A DNA stretch of 63,353 bases, filler included, from Octopus bimaculoides (GCF_001194135.2; 8 parts of 7 records of this genome joined end to end with filler, not necessarily neighbours in it); one strand, 5' to 3'; counted from the whole stretch's first letter, positions 1 through 12,371 are shown. Numbers and translations are program-made. The notes: a model not told the origin generated them from the letters alone.

Positions 1-116
1 GGGCATACCACCATCTGTTGTTGATGATGGCACCCGTTAATGCTCTCTTAACTAAAGTGCTAATCCGGTCCCTGTAAGCCTGGCGTGCCGTGAACGACGC
101 GTTCAGCTTCCAGTAA
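1..116 (-). mobile_element. Fragment of an L1/Tx1-like LINE ORF2 (post-endonuclease linker)
   Basis: Minus strand translates [39 protein letters not shown], resembling the YWKLNxS...W motif after the APE domain of Tx1/L1 ORF2; cut off by the window edge and a (GATA)n tract. Confidence 0.5.
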
Positions 117-132
117 AGATAGACAGACAGAC

Positions 133-210
<78 letters not shown>

Positions 211-319
211 ACAGACAGACGTTTATGTGATAGCTAGATATAGACAGACACAGGCAGACAGGCAGGCAAGCAGGCAGGCAGACAGACAACTAGATATATA
301 AGTAGGTAGATAGATAGAG

Positions 320-376
<57 letters not shown>

Positions 377-378
377 TA
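117..378. repeat. (GATA)n/(GACA)n tetranucleotide microsatellite
   Basis: Seen directly in the sequence. Confidence 0.95.
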
Positions 379-998
379 AATATCTGTGTGTATGTATGTG
401 CAATATATGTCTTTGCGTGTGTGCTCTTGCTTTAATCATTTGAAGGGTTGCATATAGCGAAGTGAGAAACTCTAAGTAGCGATAGAGAGAATCATCTGCT
501 TCGAACGAGTAAATTGATTCTATTACATCTATTGTGTACTATTTATCGTGTGTTCACATCAGACGTGTGCGAGTATGTGTTTGTATCTATAAATTAACAA
601 TCAGTTTATTCTACGTCTATCCGTTGATCCATCCATTTGTACATCCATGTATCTACTTATCTGTATATCCATCTGTTTCCCGCCACAAGTAGGCTTCCTA
701 TAGCTATCGCTAGATAGCAATAAACGGTTATATGATTTGTAAAATGAGACGAGCTAGTGCTGATTACGTCAATAGGCTTAAACAGAATGTAAATACAAAA
801 GAGAGAGTGATAGGGAGATCGAAAGAGTAGGAGTGAGCAAGAGAGAAGGGATAAAGTGGCTGTAGGGGCCAAGAAAGGGAGGATAAAGAAGGAAAAGTTT
901 TTGTGTTTCAATGAATGTGTGTGTGTGTGTGTGTGTGTTTGAGTATGTGTGCAGTGTGTTTTCTTTGTATCTATTTTTATATTTGTACTCATGTGTGC

Positions 999-1040
<42 letters not shown>

Positions 1041-2489
1041 GCTTTCCTGTTTAAGTATGGTTGTCGGTTTGTATATATGTGTATGCTTATGTATATTTCC
1101 TGCCGACTTATTGAGAAATGTATTGATTTTTCAATTGAAAATGGCTGAATTGTGGAAAGGTTAACATGAATAGCCTAACGAGCGAGATGGGTGGGGGGAA
1201 TGAAATGAACCAGAGGTGGGGGAAGTTAGAAATATTCAAGAAATGTAAGCGCAAATCATGAAAGTGACAGTAGTGGTGAAGGGGAAAATCCAATGAAGGG
1301 CAAAATGGGTGAGACATAAACGAAAGAATTAAAATTTTCAACTCAAAATGGCGGCGATATCTAATTAAAGAGGTTAACAGAATGAGCCGGAATGAATGTG
1401 GTATCAGAAAAGAAAATTCAGAACAAAACCAGATGGCGCTTAGCAAGCAGCGAATGAAATATATATTAAAGGGTGTGAGTGGGGAAATGCAGGAATAAAA
1501 GAGTAGCGAGAAGTAGTAATAATAGACAGTAATAAGGAAAACCAAATGAAGATATGTAATAAAATAATAATGAAAGAATTTAAAAGTAAATTTAGATATC
1601 AACAGTAAATGGTGATCTGTAAAAGGAACTAATACCGAAGGAGATATTACTCGATGAATGAAGAAAAGAAATATTTGGAAAATGTTAACTGCAAGCAATG
1701 ATATGACAAACTGAATAAAAACAGAAAATACTGACAAAAAAATCACAAAGAAAAAGAAAATTAAGGAAAACTTGTATTGGAAATATGTAAAAGGAACTAA
1801 AAGGAGAAACAGGTGACACACAGTGACGAATGGTGAAAACAGGAGAACATTGAGGAAACCAAACCAATGACGGGTGAAAAAGAAGTCGCAGAAGCGAAGA
1901 CTGTGGTTGATAAAACAGTTCTAAATACATATCTGAATAAATTTTCAATACATTTGAAGTGTATTATGAAAAGAGATAAATATCCACCAAATCTAATTTT
2001 GATGTAGTTGATTGCCAGCAATTTTGGACATATTTTATATCAAAGATTTCATCGTAAGAGAAAGAAAAGCGCCATCGGTGTATGAAGACTAAAACACCGT
2101 CTCACGTCGTTGTTAAGAGCAAAATGCCACACTTTAGACATAAATCGTTATTTGTTTATCATTCAGATTTTCCAAGAGCAAAGGAAGGCGTCTGAAAATC
2201 TACTCTGTCTATCATTTGGAAACATAACAGAAAAGCATGTTAGCTTACTCGGGATTTACTTACTGGACAGCGCGTTGCACGTTTCTTCCCTGCTGTCAAA
2301 CGTTATTGCAAGAAGATTAATTTCGAAACTTTGGCACTTCTAGTTTTGTGTAACGTTCCTGTTCTGCCTTCAAATTTCTATTCACTTGAGACGTGCGAAT
2401 CTGTTGAAGATCCGGTTAATTTTCCATTTTTAAAGCATTTTAGCTTTGGTAAACTTTCAGTTGATAATAGCGCCTTATATTCAACATCG

Positions 2490-2940
2490 GTCTGTCAAAG
2501 GATTCTGGAAAACTGCTACTTTATGCGAGCAATAATAATATAAAATATACCCAGAAAGATGTTAAACCTGTCTGTCTCGTTGGGATTTGGAAAGACCAAA
2601 AGATAATAAGGAACGAAATGGTGAAGAAATGGCACAGAAATTGGGATTTTGAAGACGTTGATAAAGGTGCTATTTAGATTTATCATACGAAACTAGCAAC
2701 AACGAAGACCTTAACTTAACAAAGCACGATTGCCTAGGTCAGATAAGTAAGAAGTTATTCTTCCATACCTGGTTTTCAGCAACAGAAATGTAATCTAAAA
2801 CACATGACTTTCATAAAACATCACCAAAACTTTTGACAGGATCATAAGTTAAAACATCTGTAAAAGCAGCATTAAAATCATATAACAAAATTATATGTTC
2901 GTAAAATAAGAGGCAAACAATCAATCGTTTATATAAATAA
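2490..2940 (+). mobile_element. Decayed Tigger/pogo-like transposase C-terminal remnant
   Basis: With frameshifts reads ...NNIKYTQKDVKPVCLVGIWKD...EMAQKLGF-EDVDKGAI...NEDL, resembling Tigger NIxxAWxEVxxxxxxGxWKKL...LAxxLGFEDVDExD...LTNEDL; several stops. Confidence 0.5.
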
Positions 2941-3639
2941 TAATCAAACAAGTGGTACCATAATTCTTCTTTTTTGCGTTGTATTTATTACCGGCTAAAT
3001 ATAAAGACCCAAAGAATGGCAAAGTTTGTGCGTGTACATATATAAAGGAGACAAAAGGAAAGAAGACAACACAAAAGGGAAATATTTTGGAAATGCATTA
3101 ATTTAATGCTCAAAGCAAAGGGAAACAATTTTGACGTTTCGGAAGCTATTCCATCATCAGCATTAAGATAGAGGGGGAAAATAAATGAGAGTGAATGAGA
3201 AAAGTGTTTGGATAAAAACAAACGTGAGTGTTAGGAGCCAGGTGGGATTATATTTCTTGGAGAAGAGTTAGAAGAAGGAGAGTGTGTGCGCGCATATAGA
3301 AATGTTGCCGTGCGTTCAGATGAGCAAAAGGGAGGTATTTGTTAATGTGTAGAAGAGTGCAAGTAAGGATGTATAGTAGCGAGGATAGAGTCAGATGTTA
3401 TAGAGAGATATGTATGTGTAAATGCAATATGACGCGCGATTGTGGAAGAGGTGGCAAGAGGAATGTGGTATTTACGATAAAATACTGTTGAAAAATATCT
3501 ATATAAAAAGTAATAGCAACAGTAACAATGTGTGTGTGTATGTATTACATTTGTATGTATGTATGTATTTACTCGGCTGCGTACATCCACATGGTTCTCA
3601 TGTGTAATAGGAACAGTAACAATGTGTGTGTGTGTGTAT

Positions 3640-3838
3640 TACATATAGACTGTTTCTGTGTCTGTGTTTGTCCTCTCATCATCGCTTGACGACTGGTGCT
3701 AATGTGTTTATGTCCTCGTTATCTAGCAGCTCGGGAAAAGAGATTGATAGAATGAGTACCAGGTTAACAAGCAACAAAAAATATTGGGATCGATTCATTC
3801 GACTAAATAAAGAATTCTACTGACTGAAACAAGTAAAG
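3640..3838 (+). mobile_element. SINE-B 3' half (diverged)
   Basis: TGTGTCTGTGTTTGTCC...CGCTTGAC...AAAAGAGATTGATAGAATGAGTAC...GACTGAAACAAGTAAA matches the post-microsatellite half of the full copy at 20052-20468. Confidence 0.75.
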
Positions 3839-4128
3839 GGTAATATATATATGATGCTACTGTTGCTTGTAGCCCCAGAAGACATCTCCTACAGCTGGCT
3901 ATTGACACTATCTGTGCCCTATCAGTATTTGCAACGGGAAGTCATCGCTCCCATCTCCAGCCTAACATGATACACACGGCCCCGAGTTTCTTCCATATTT
4001 TACGATTTTCGTAAGTTTGCACAAGATTTTTGTTCCTTTTTTCTCGAAGAATTTTATTCTCTGCGTGAATTAATTGAAACTCTCCGTGTGAATGTTTTTT
4101 GTTTTTTCTCTCTGCATAAATTTGTTTT

Positions 4129-4140
4129 TCCTCGTCGCCA
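4129..4140 (-). promoter_or_regulatory. Primer-binding site complementary to the 3' end of tRNA-Ser(GCU)
   Basis: TGGCGACGAGGA on the minus strand just inside the LTR; its reverse complement TCCTCGTCGCCA matches the known metazoan tRNA-Ser(GCU) 3' end plus CCA. Confidence 0.75.
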
Positions 4141-4141
4141 C

Positions 4142-4504
4142 TGTTGTAAAGGTCTTTTGCTACTGTTGCATCTGTCTTTTGACGACGGTTATCGCTCTGA
4201 CAGATATTGTTATATTACGCAGTCATCGATAGAGTGGTTCTATCTGGCACTGTACGATCCCCAGTCGTACAGTGCTATTATTCTCAAAAGGTTGGATCGT
4301 TATAACGTCCACTCAGTATCACAGTATAATTACTATATCAGTACAGACATGACTACAGACACTGTCTACACGTACTTTCGACGTTCTGACCTTTCTCGAC
4401 CTTCCCACTCCTGATCTTCTTTGTCGACGGGCTACTGATTTATTTATAATTGATGGCTACTACCACTTTTTACGGGGAGGGGTGTGCAATATCACTATAC
4501 AACA
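4142..4504 (-). mobile_element. 5' LTR (363 bp) of an LTR retrotransposon, probably Ty3/Gypsy
   Basis: Minus strand begins TGTTGTA (4504) and ends TACAACA (4142), a 7-bp terminal inverted repeat with TG...CA ends, followed after 1 nt by a primer-binding site. Confidence 0.75.
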
Positions 4505-5557
4505 AAATTATAACCTGCACTGATTTTACTACGATGTTTCGTACCTGAGACGCCACTTCTAAATAAACAGGAAGATGAGATATGGGTAATGGGCGCATAT
4601 GATATAGTTCACGATGTTTTGCTCCTTCATCAGCACCAACCTAACCCATTAATCATCCACGAACTTATAGCTGAAATAGCCTTTAAAAATAGCGGTGTAA
4701 CGTTGCACACACACACACATATATATATATATTTATATAGGTTAGAGACAGATGTTCCCTATATAGAATAGACTTCCTCCCACCTTCCACCTTTACTACT
4801 ATCACTATTATCCTAACCCTGAAATCTATTTTGTCGTCCCACTAATCTCTATCGAAACATCTTCAACTCCCTTTCCTAACACAGTTCTCCGCAAAATCAT
4901 TCCATCTTTAAACTCCATCCTATCAACACCCCAAATGTAAAATTCTCCCCTGAAGAAGGAAGCGATGTCATATGATAATGGATCCAACTAACTATCATTA
5001 TTCCGGACCACCAAGACCCTAAAAACTTCTGTTGGATTCGTAAAACTCTACCCACTTAACTCTTGATATCATTTACATTCTGTAAGTTGGACTATTTTAT
5101 ATCCATACCTATGTGCATCATTTGTATTAAATGTATTTAATATTCAATATAAACCGAATAACCTAACTTGCATCTCATTACATCTACTCACATATATATA
5201 TATATAATTTATATATATGATTTTAAAATAAGTTTTCATTATCTATAAAAATAATGATAAAGTGGCCAGCAAACATAATCCAAATGTGAAGAATATATAA
5301 TAAAAAGTCAGAGTACAATATGCAAATGGGAGCATAGACATCTTAATATCAAATGATTTCGCTTTCTGTGTCGAACCAACATTTAAGGTTCATCAGCTAG
5401 GCTTACTACGTACACTATTTCAAAAAAAGCATATTTACCTTCCCGTGCGTGTTTATATATTGTGAGAGATGCCGTGGTTTTGGAGGGTTTTAAACTCCTC
5501 TTTAAAGCAAACAGGTGCATATTGTACCCTGACTTTTTATTATATACACACACACAC

Positions 5558-5594
<37 letters not shown>

Positions 5595-5608
5595 NNNNNN
5601 NNNNNNNN

Positions 5609-5671
<63 letters not shown>

Positions 5672-6899
5672 ATGTATATGTGTGTGTAGAGTGAGAGAGA
5701 GAGAGAGAGCGATAATCTTAACAAGTGATGCAAAAGTACTGCTAACACACCAGAACATGATATTTACTTATATAGTTGTAGTATATCATGGTTTCATAAC
5801 GAAATACCGTGTCCCTACGTATTTACGTACCAGCTTCCACGAAAGTGTTTAATATGTAAAATTGGTATATCCAATAACGTTACACCGCTATTTTTAGTAT
5901 TTAACGTCTATGACTACTAGGAGTTGTCATTCACGCTGTAAATTGCTCCGATGGGTAATTCTATGTTCGCTTCACTGGATGGTAATATTATCTGGAATAT
6001 ATATACTTGAAATCAAGTTTTTTAAGAACCCATCTACTTCAATACACAAATAGGCCTGTCAATACAATAAAATCAAATTTAGCCTAATTAGATACAATCC
6101 CGACTTCGGCGTGAAGTCGAGGTCAACCCTATAGTTTTACAACCGATCGGATTTCAGTTTCAAACTAAACTCCCCTCACTTCCGCCTGAATCCTAACCAA
6201 TAAACAAGTGATTGAATTCAGTTTGCTTTGAGCCAAGCTGGTTGAAAGACGCTGAACGAAGCTGCACAGAAAAGTATGCCCGGTTGCGTATGCAACTGCT
6301 AATACTCTGTGAAGTAGAAACACGTGTAGGTCATCGTAACCATAAAATAAGCTGTATGACATTTTTTATCGTTATAATTATTATGTGCGTTTATATATAT
6401 ATATGTATATATATATATGTAAGTATGTATGTATGTATGTATGTATGTATGTATTTATGTATGTATGTATATATGTATGTATGTATGTATGTATTGATGT
6501 ATTGATGTATGTATATACACTGTATATATATATATATATATATATANNNNNNNNNNNNNNNNNNNNNNNNNNNNNNNNNNNNNNNNNNNNNNNNNNNNNN
6601 NNNNNNNNNNNNNNNNNNNNNNNNNNNNNNNNNNNNNNNNNNNNNNNNNNNNNNNNNNNNNNNNNNNNNNNNNNNNNNNNNNNNNNNNNNNNNNNNNNNN
6701 NNNNNNNNNNNNNNNNNNNNNNNNNNNNNNNNNNNNNNNNNNNNNNNNNNNNNNNNNNNNNNNNNNNNNNNNNNNNNNNNNNNNNNNNNNNNNNNNNNNN
6801 NNNNNNNNNNNNNNNNNNNNNNNNNNNNNNNNNNNNNNNNNNNNNNNNNNNNNNNNNNNNNNNNNNNNNNNNNNNNNNTATATATAATGGTCGGTAGTT

Positions 6900-6986
6900 G
6901 GTTGATTGGTTAGCTGGTTGGTTGGCTGGTTGGTTGGTTGGTTGGTTGGTTGGTTGGTTGGTTGGTTGGTTGGTTGGTTGGTTGGC
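6900..6986. repeat. (GGTT)n microsatellite
   Basis: Seen directly in the sequence. Confidence 0.9.
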
Positions 6987-7605
6987 ATTTTGTTTATTGT
7001 GGTTTGCTTTAAAAACCCAAAGAAGTCAACGAAGAATGAAGGCGTTTAAGAATAAGCTAGATTTTTCTCAGTGGTTGATGTTGATCCAGGTTGGCGACAA
7101 TTAATTGTTAACTGGACAGTTAATTACTGTACGTTTCCATGGGAGATTTCTAACAGTGTAACGTTGAAAATAGTGATGGTGGATGAGGTGGTGATGGAGG
7201 CGGCGGTGGTGGCTGTGTTGTTGTTGTTGCTGTTGTCTGTGGTGGTGGTGGTGGTGGTGGTTTTGGTGGTGGTGGCTTAGGTGGTGGTTGAGGTAGTGGT
7301 TGTAATGGTGGTGGTGGTGGAAGTGCTGGAAACGAGAGTCTTTGGAATGGTGTTGACTTTTGTACTAGAGCTAGTGGTGTGTACCTGCAAGCCAACAATG
7401 ACAGCACAATCGTAATGGTGTTGGAGTCTGTGTGCTTTGTCGATATAACGTTGGTTCTATTTTATTCTGTTGGTATTAGTTACAGGGTGGGAGGGTGTTT
7501 GATCATACCGTTGTTGGTAATGATAGTCAATATGGTGCCGATATTGGTGGTGGGCATGAGAATAGTTATGGCATTGGAGGTAGCTTGATTTTGATGATGA
7601 CAATG

Positions 7606-7606
7606 C

Positions 7607-7684
<78 letters not shown>

Positions 7685-7731
7685 CTAGTAGTAGTAGTAG
7701 TAGTAGTAGTAGCAGCAGCAGCAGCAGCAAT
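7606..7731. repeat. Compound (AGT)n-(AGC)n trinucleotide microsatellite within a GGT-rich tract
   Basis: Seen directly; explains the poly-S/T/A/V ORFs in the track. Confidence 0.9.
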
Positions 7732-8444
7732 AGTTATGATGGTAGTCTTTGTGGTAAAGGTGGTGAAACATGACGTTGGTAAGTGTGATGATGGTACTAG
7801 GACTATTGGTCCTGATAATGTTGAACAACGAAAACGGCGGCAGCGGCGGCGGTGGGGGGGGAGGGGTTGGTTAGTGATGGTGGTAGTTTTGGTGGTGGTA
7901 GTTTTGGTGGTGGTAGTGGTAGTGTCCCTAACGGCGTCCAATAATGCCATTGGTATCCGAAGTGAGAGGCCACTTCCGTTTCAAGCCCCCATGCTATGTT
8001 TAGCTGAATTCCTTATTAATTTCTGCCACCAGTGGCTGCCACAGCGGTAACCTAACATTAATTATGAACCTGGCCACCCTCCATTATTCCGCACACACTT
8101 CCTCCTTCTCCATCTGTCCCGTCCATTCTCATCACACAAAAACTCTCCACCATCATCACCATCATCGCCATCAAGACAGTCGAATAAAGCAAAATATATT
8201 GTCTAAGGCTTAATCTAATAATTTATCATTCCCTTACCTATCCCTCAGTTTCTCACAACATAAAACTCATTCCTTCACTCACATTCAACTTTTTGTATAA
8301 TTTATTTGCGCGTGTCTATAAGTGACTGCCTTCCACTCATCCACAAAACACACAGCACTACACACACAGACACACACACGAAAGAACATAAATCACTCTA
8401 CTCTTCTCGGTGGTCGCTCTTTTTAAGATATTAGTCTTTCACAA

Positions 8445-8630
8445 ACAAACACACATATACATACATACATGCATACATACATACATACATACATACATAC
8501 ATACATACATACATACATACATACATACATACATGCATACATACATACATACATACATACATACATGCATGCATACATACATACATACATACATACATAC
8601 ATACATACATGCATACATACATACATACAC
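8445..8630. repeat. (CATA)n microsatellite
   Basis: Seen directly in the sequence. Confidence 0.95.
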
Positions 8631-8664
8631 GCACTGCCCTATCTCGTGATAATTTATCTTTTAT

Positions 8665-8875
8665 TTTTACTTATTTCAGTCATTAGACTGCAGCCATGCT
8701 GGGGCACCGCCTTGAGCTTTTAGTCGAATGAATCGACTCCAGTACTTATTTTTGAAGCCTGATACTTATTCCATCGGTCTCTTTTGCCGAACCGCTAAGT
8801 TACGGTGACGCAAACACACCAACACCAGTTGTCAAGAGGTGGTGGGAGATCAAATACATGCACAAAGACACTCAC
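8665..8875 (-). mobile_element. SINE-B 3' half
   Basis: TTTCAGTCATTAGACTGCAGCCATGCTGGGGCACCGCC...GGTCTCTTTTGCCGAACCGCTAAGTTACGG, homologous to 20052-20260. Confidence 0.85.
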
Positions 8876-8949
8876 ATATAGATATACCTATATATATATA
8901 TATATAGCAGCATACCAAAAACATGAGCGGGCAAGACATTTAAAATCAC

Positions 8950-9232
8950 CTAAACAAGCATTATTAAACAGGAACTAGTTTCGGATTTAACAAATTCTTA
9001 CCATTTGTCTATTCCTCATCAGCCTGATTTGTAATGAACCGTAATCATCAGAATCGTATACAGAGTTGCCCACCGCCATTGGTGCGCGTGCATATGGTTC
9101 TGCTAATTACAGCTTAATGGTAAAATTCAAAAGTCTTCGTTTTGGCGCGCTAATTCCAGGAATATATCCGCAGAAAATATTTACTGCGTCTTTTATATTC
9201 AGTATGAGAACATGGGCAATGGGTAAAATATT
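8950..9232 (-). mobile_element. 3' end of a Penelope-like element (GIY-YIG C-terminus plus 3' repeat with hammerhead)
   Basis: Frameshifted peptide ILP...CSHTEYKRRSK-YFLRIY-PG resembles the GIY-YIG terminal RxxKExYFIxxFxPxLN motif, followed by the hammerhead; upstream part lies in an N gap. Confidence 0.55.
8966..9030 (-). ncRNA. Type I hammerhead ribozyme (minimal, palindromic stem III)
   Basis: Minus strand: CAGG-CTGATGA-GGA[extended stem II]TCC-GAA-A-CTAG-T-T/CCTG. Both core boxes intact, G10.1-C11.1 pair present, stem I CAGG/CCTG, predicted GUU cleavage between 8973 and 8972. Confidence 0.8.
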
Positions 9233-9794
9233 NNNNNNNNNNNNNNNNNNNNNNNNNNNNNNNNNNNNNNNNNNNNNNNNNNNNNNNNNNNNNNNNNNNN
9301 NNNNNNNNNNNNNNNNNNNNNNNNNNNNNNNNNNNNNNNNNNNNNNNNNNNNNNNNNNNNNNNNNNNNNNNNNNNNNNNNNNNNNNNNNNNNNNNNNNNN
9401 NNNNNNNNNNNNNNNNNNNNNNNNNNNNNNNNNNNNNNNNNNNNNNNNNNNNNNNNNNNNNNNNNNNNNNNNNNNNNNNNNNNNNNNNNNNNNNNNNNNN
9501 NNNNNNNNNNNNNNNNNNNNNNNNNNNNNNNNNNNNNNNNNNNNNNNNNNNNNNNNNNNNNNNNNNNNNNNNNNNNNNNNNNNNNNNNNNNNNNNNNNNN
9601 NNNNNNNNNNNNNNNNNNNNNNNNNNNNNNNNNNNNNNNNNNNNNNNNNNNNNNNNNNNNNNNNNNNNNNNNNNNNNNNNNNNNNNNNNTATATATATAT
9701 ATATATATATATGACGTGCTTCCTTCGTATATTCATGTGTGTATATATGTACATGCGTGTGTATGTGAGTGGGTGTGCCCGCGCTTCCGATTAC

Positions 9795-10210
9795 ATATTT
9801 ATTTCTCGACGCAAGTTTCAAGCTGCTGCGATCTTCAGACGAGAGGTGTTACGACTGGGTGTGGTAATACATTCTTATTTGTTAGTATAGGTGGGTGGAT
9901 GTCTTGTTTTTGTACATTCATTGGTTTGTTTGGGGGATCAAGTGTATTTCGTTGATAGTATTTCGTATTGTTCAATTATGTTCATATTTATCGTAGAGAA
10001 ATTTTGTTGAAATGCATTTTGATTCGATGAAGCTCAGAAGCTTTTAAGACTTATTTGTGGAATTTGTTGGTGAGGTACATTTGGGCGTTCGTATCTGTTT
10101 TAACGTTCTGTTAGTTTTCATTGAGTGAATGTGATGTTCTTTATTGAATCTTTCTGTTTAAACTAATCGGAAAGGTATGCATTAATGGAAGTGTTTGGAA
10201 ATATGTCTTG
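9795..10210 (-). mobile_element. Possible second, more decayed Penelope-like 3' remnant
   Basis: Broken minus-strand peptides (RFNKEHH..., SFIESKCI...) loosely resemble a GIY-YIG C-terminus and are followed by CTGAAGA-(T)CGCA...TGCG-TC-GAGAAA. Confidence 0.35.
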
Positions 10211-10565
10211 TGAATGTCATTGGTGGTGGTGGTAATGATGATAATGATGATTAAGTTAACAACAAAAACAAATATAATATAGACATATTAATTGAACATA
10301 TACTGCCAACAATGAACAACCACAATGACATTACATATTGTGTACTGACAAAAAATGTATGGCTGGGTTTGGACTGAATGAAAAAAGAATCCAGCCCGAA
10401 TACAACAGCAGAAACAACACCGTTTCTTATAGAGAAAAGTGTATTAATAGTTGCTGTCTAATAACATAAATAAAAAATGTGGTCATTTCACACCATATAG
10501 TCTATTTTCTGAGACAATACAGAGTACTACGTCCACAAAAAACCTCCAGTTGTCAATTAGCAACT

Positions 10566-10604
<39 letters not shown>

Positions 10605-10846
10605 GTATGTATGCATGTATGTATGTATTCCTAGTCCATATGTTTAATATGTGTATGATTGAGTAAGTATGAATGCGTGTGAATATGAATGTTACAAGAC
10701 AAATTTTATTTTCACTTCCTCTCTTCCAATATTTCTTTATTTTTATATATCTTTCTTTGCTTTTCTACTCCTCTCTCCCCCTCCCTCCCCCTCTCTCACC
10801 TTCTCTCTCTCTCTCTCTCTGTCTTTTTCTCTTTGTCTTTCTCTCC

Positions 10847-10886
<40 letters not shown>

Positions 10887-11067
10887 NNNNNNNNNNTCTT
10901 CTTACTTGATGAATAATAAAAACTATAGATATGATGATATCCCAATTATTGAATGTATTCTTTTTGAGACTTAACCTGAATAAATGCACATGGCAACTTA
11001 AAAATGTATGCATTTATATAATGATATTATGAATTCATTATATTAATATTAATATTAGTTATGTTAA

Positions 11068-11250
11068 GGCGGCAGGCTGGCAGAATCTCTAGCACGCCTA
11101 GCAAAATATTTTGTGATATTTCGTTCATCTTTATGGTTTGATTTCAAATTCCGCCGGGATCGAGCTTTCCTTTTTATATTTTTGGGATCAATAAAATAAG
11201 TACTAGTTGAACGAAATTGCTGGCCTTGTGCCAACAGTAGAAACCAATAT
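11068..11250 (+). mobile_element. SINE-A (tRNA-derived), diverged
   Basis: GGCGGCAGGCTGGCAGAATC...TTCAAATTCCGCC...GATCAATAAAATAAGTAC...GGCCTTGTGCCAACAGTAGAA, homologous to 35153-35365. Confidence 0.8.
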
Positions 11251-12117
11251 TGATATTTATTCTCATGAAATCGATTTCCTATGTTGCATTGAAACAACTG
11301 TTACTACAGAATCAAAAATAATACCTTAGTTCCAATCTTTGATTTAATATACAATTAACAATTAGGAACACTGTTCACCAGCTTGAAGTGAACATTCATT
11401 GTCTTAGAGAATGGCATTACAAGTATTGTGTAGACAAACTACCAATTATAGCACACAGAGCTGAAATTGTGTCAATAGTCATTAGTAATTGAAACAGGAA
11501 AATTGTATGATTATTATTAGAAGGGAAGTGAGACGGAAAGCTAGGAAATCATATTGACATAACTTTTGATTAGAAAATTCTATAGCAAGGAAAAAATTGA
11601 TCGAAAATTTCATATGTTATTGATAAGACTGGAATGATAGCTGTAACGAAAGACATGAACAAGCTCCGAAAGGTAAACAGTAATAGAGTCTATAATTAAG
11701 TTGTTCTCACAAAGTCTTGTATATTACAGATAAACACCTTTCGAGATGAATCCAATACTTTGTGATGTGTCTAAGATATATCTCGATGCATATATCTTAG
11801 GTTTTCGACCCGTAAACAACAACTGGGTCCTGACAGGACGTGTGACATTTAGTTAGGTCTTTTGGGGGTCCGAAGTTCGAATCCTGCTGGGATTGTCTTT
11901 GTTTTTTCATCCTCTCATGGTTGGTCAATATTTAGTAATTTTCTCAATCAACTCCATTAGACTAAAGCTTTGATTTATGATCTAATATTAAAAGACATTA
12001 ATATCATTGTTACATTACTATTAATATCATTAATATTATAATTATTATTTAATACCATCCGACAAAATGGGAGTAAAAGAAGAAGAAATATTGGTTTTCA
12101 AATTTTGACACAATTAC

Positions 12118-12267
12118 ATCACCTCCAGTGCTCGACTGATATTTATTTTATCGACCCCTAAATGATAAAGTCGACTCTGGTAGAGTTTGAACTCAGAACG
12201 TAAATACGGATAAAATGTTGCCAAGCGTTTTTTTCCGGCGTCTTAACGATTCTACCAGCTCGCCGCC
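12118..12267 (-). mobile_element. SINE-A, 3'-truncated
   Basis: Reverse complement of GGCGGCGAGCTGGTAGAATCGTTAAG...TTCTGAGTTCAAAC...GTCGACTTT...GGGGTCGATAAAAT. Confidence 0.85.
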
Positions 12268-12329
12268 TGAAGAAGTATTGTTAATAAAATACGTGCAAGA
12301 TACATTGAATGAAAGTAAATGTGTATTTA

Positions 12330-12371
<42 letters not shown>

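Noticed and set aside
1108-2021. 237-aa F/L/I-rich minus-strand ORF and the purine-rich plus strand
   Set aside because: The open frame follows from strand-biased composition; the plus strand looks like a decayed ORF with many stops, but I could not assign a family.
4088-4414. ORF with LSFDDGY, resembling the polysaccharide deacetylase TFDDG motif
   Set aside because: It lies antisense within the LTR and lacks the other NodB motifs.
4942-4995. CTGAAGA-AGGA...TCC-AACTA hammerhead-like trace
   Set aside because: The GAAA box is absent and stems I and III cannot be drawn; at most a dead remnant.
6101-6119. GC-rich hairpin CGACTTC-GGCGT-GAAGTCG as a possible Helitron 3' end
   Set aside because: No clear CTRR terminus at the expected distance and no other Helitron evidence.
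11850-11940. GTTCGAATCC B-box as a possible tRNA gene
   Set aside because: No cloverleaf can be formed; it continues into a SINE-A-like body, so it is a decayed SINE head.
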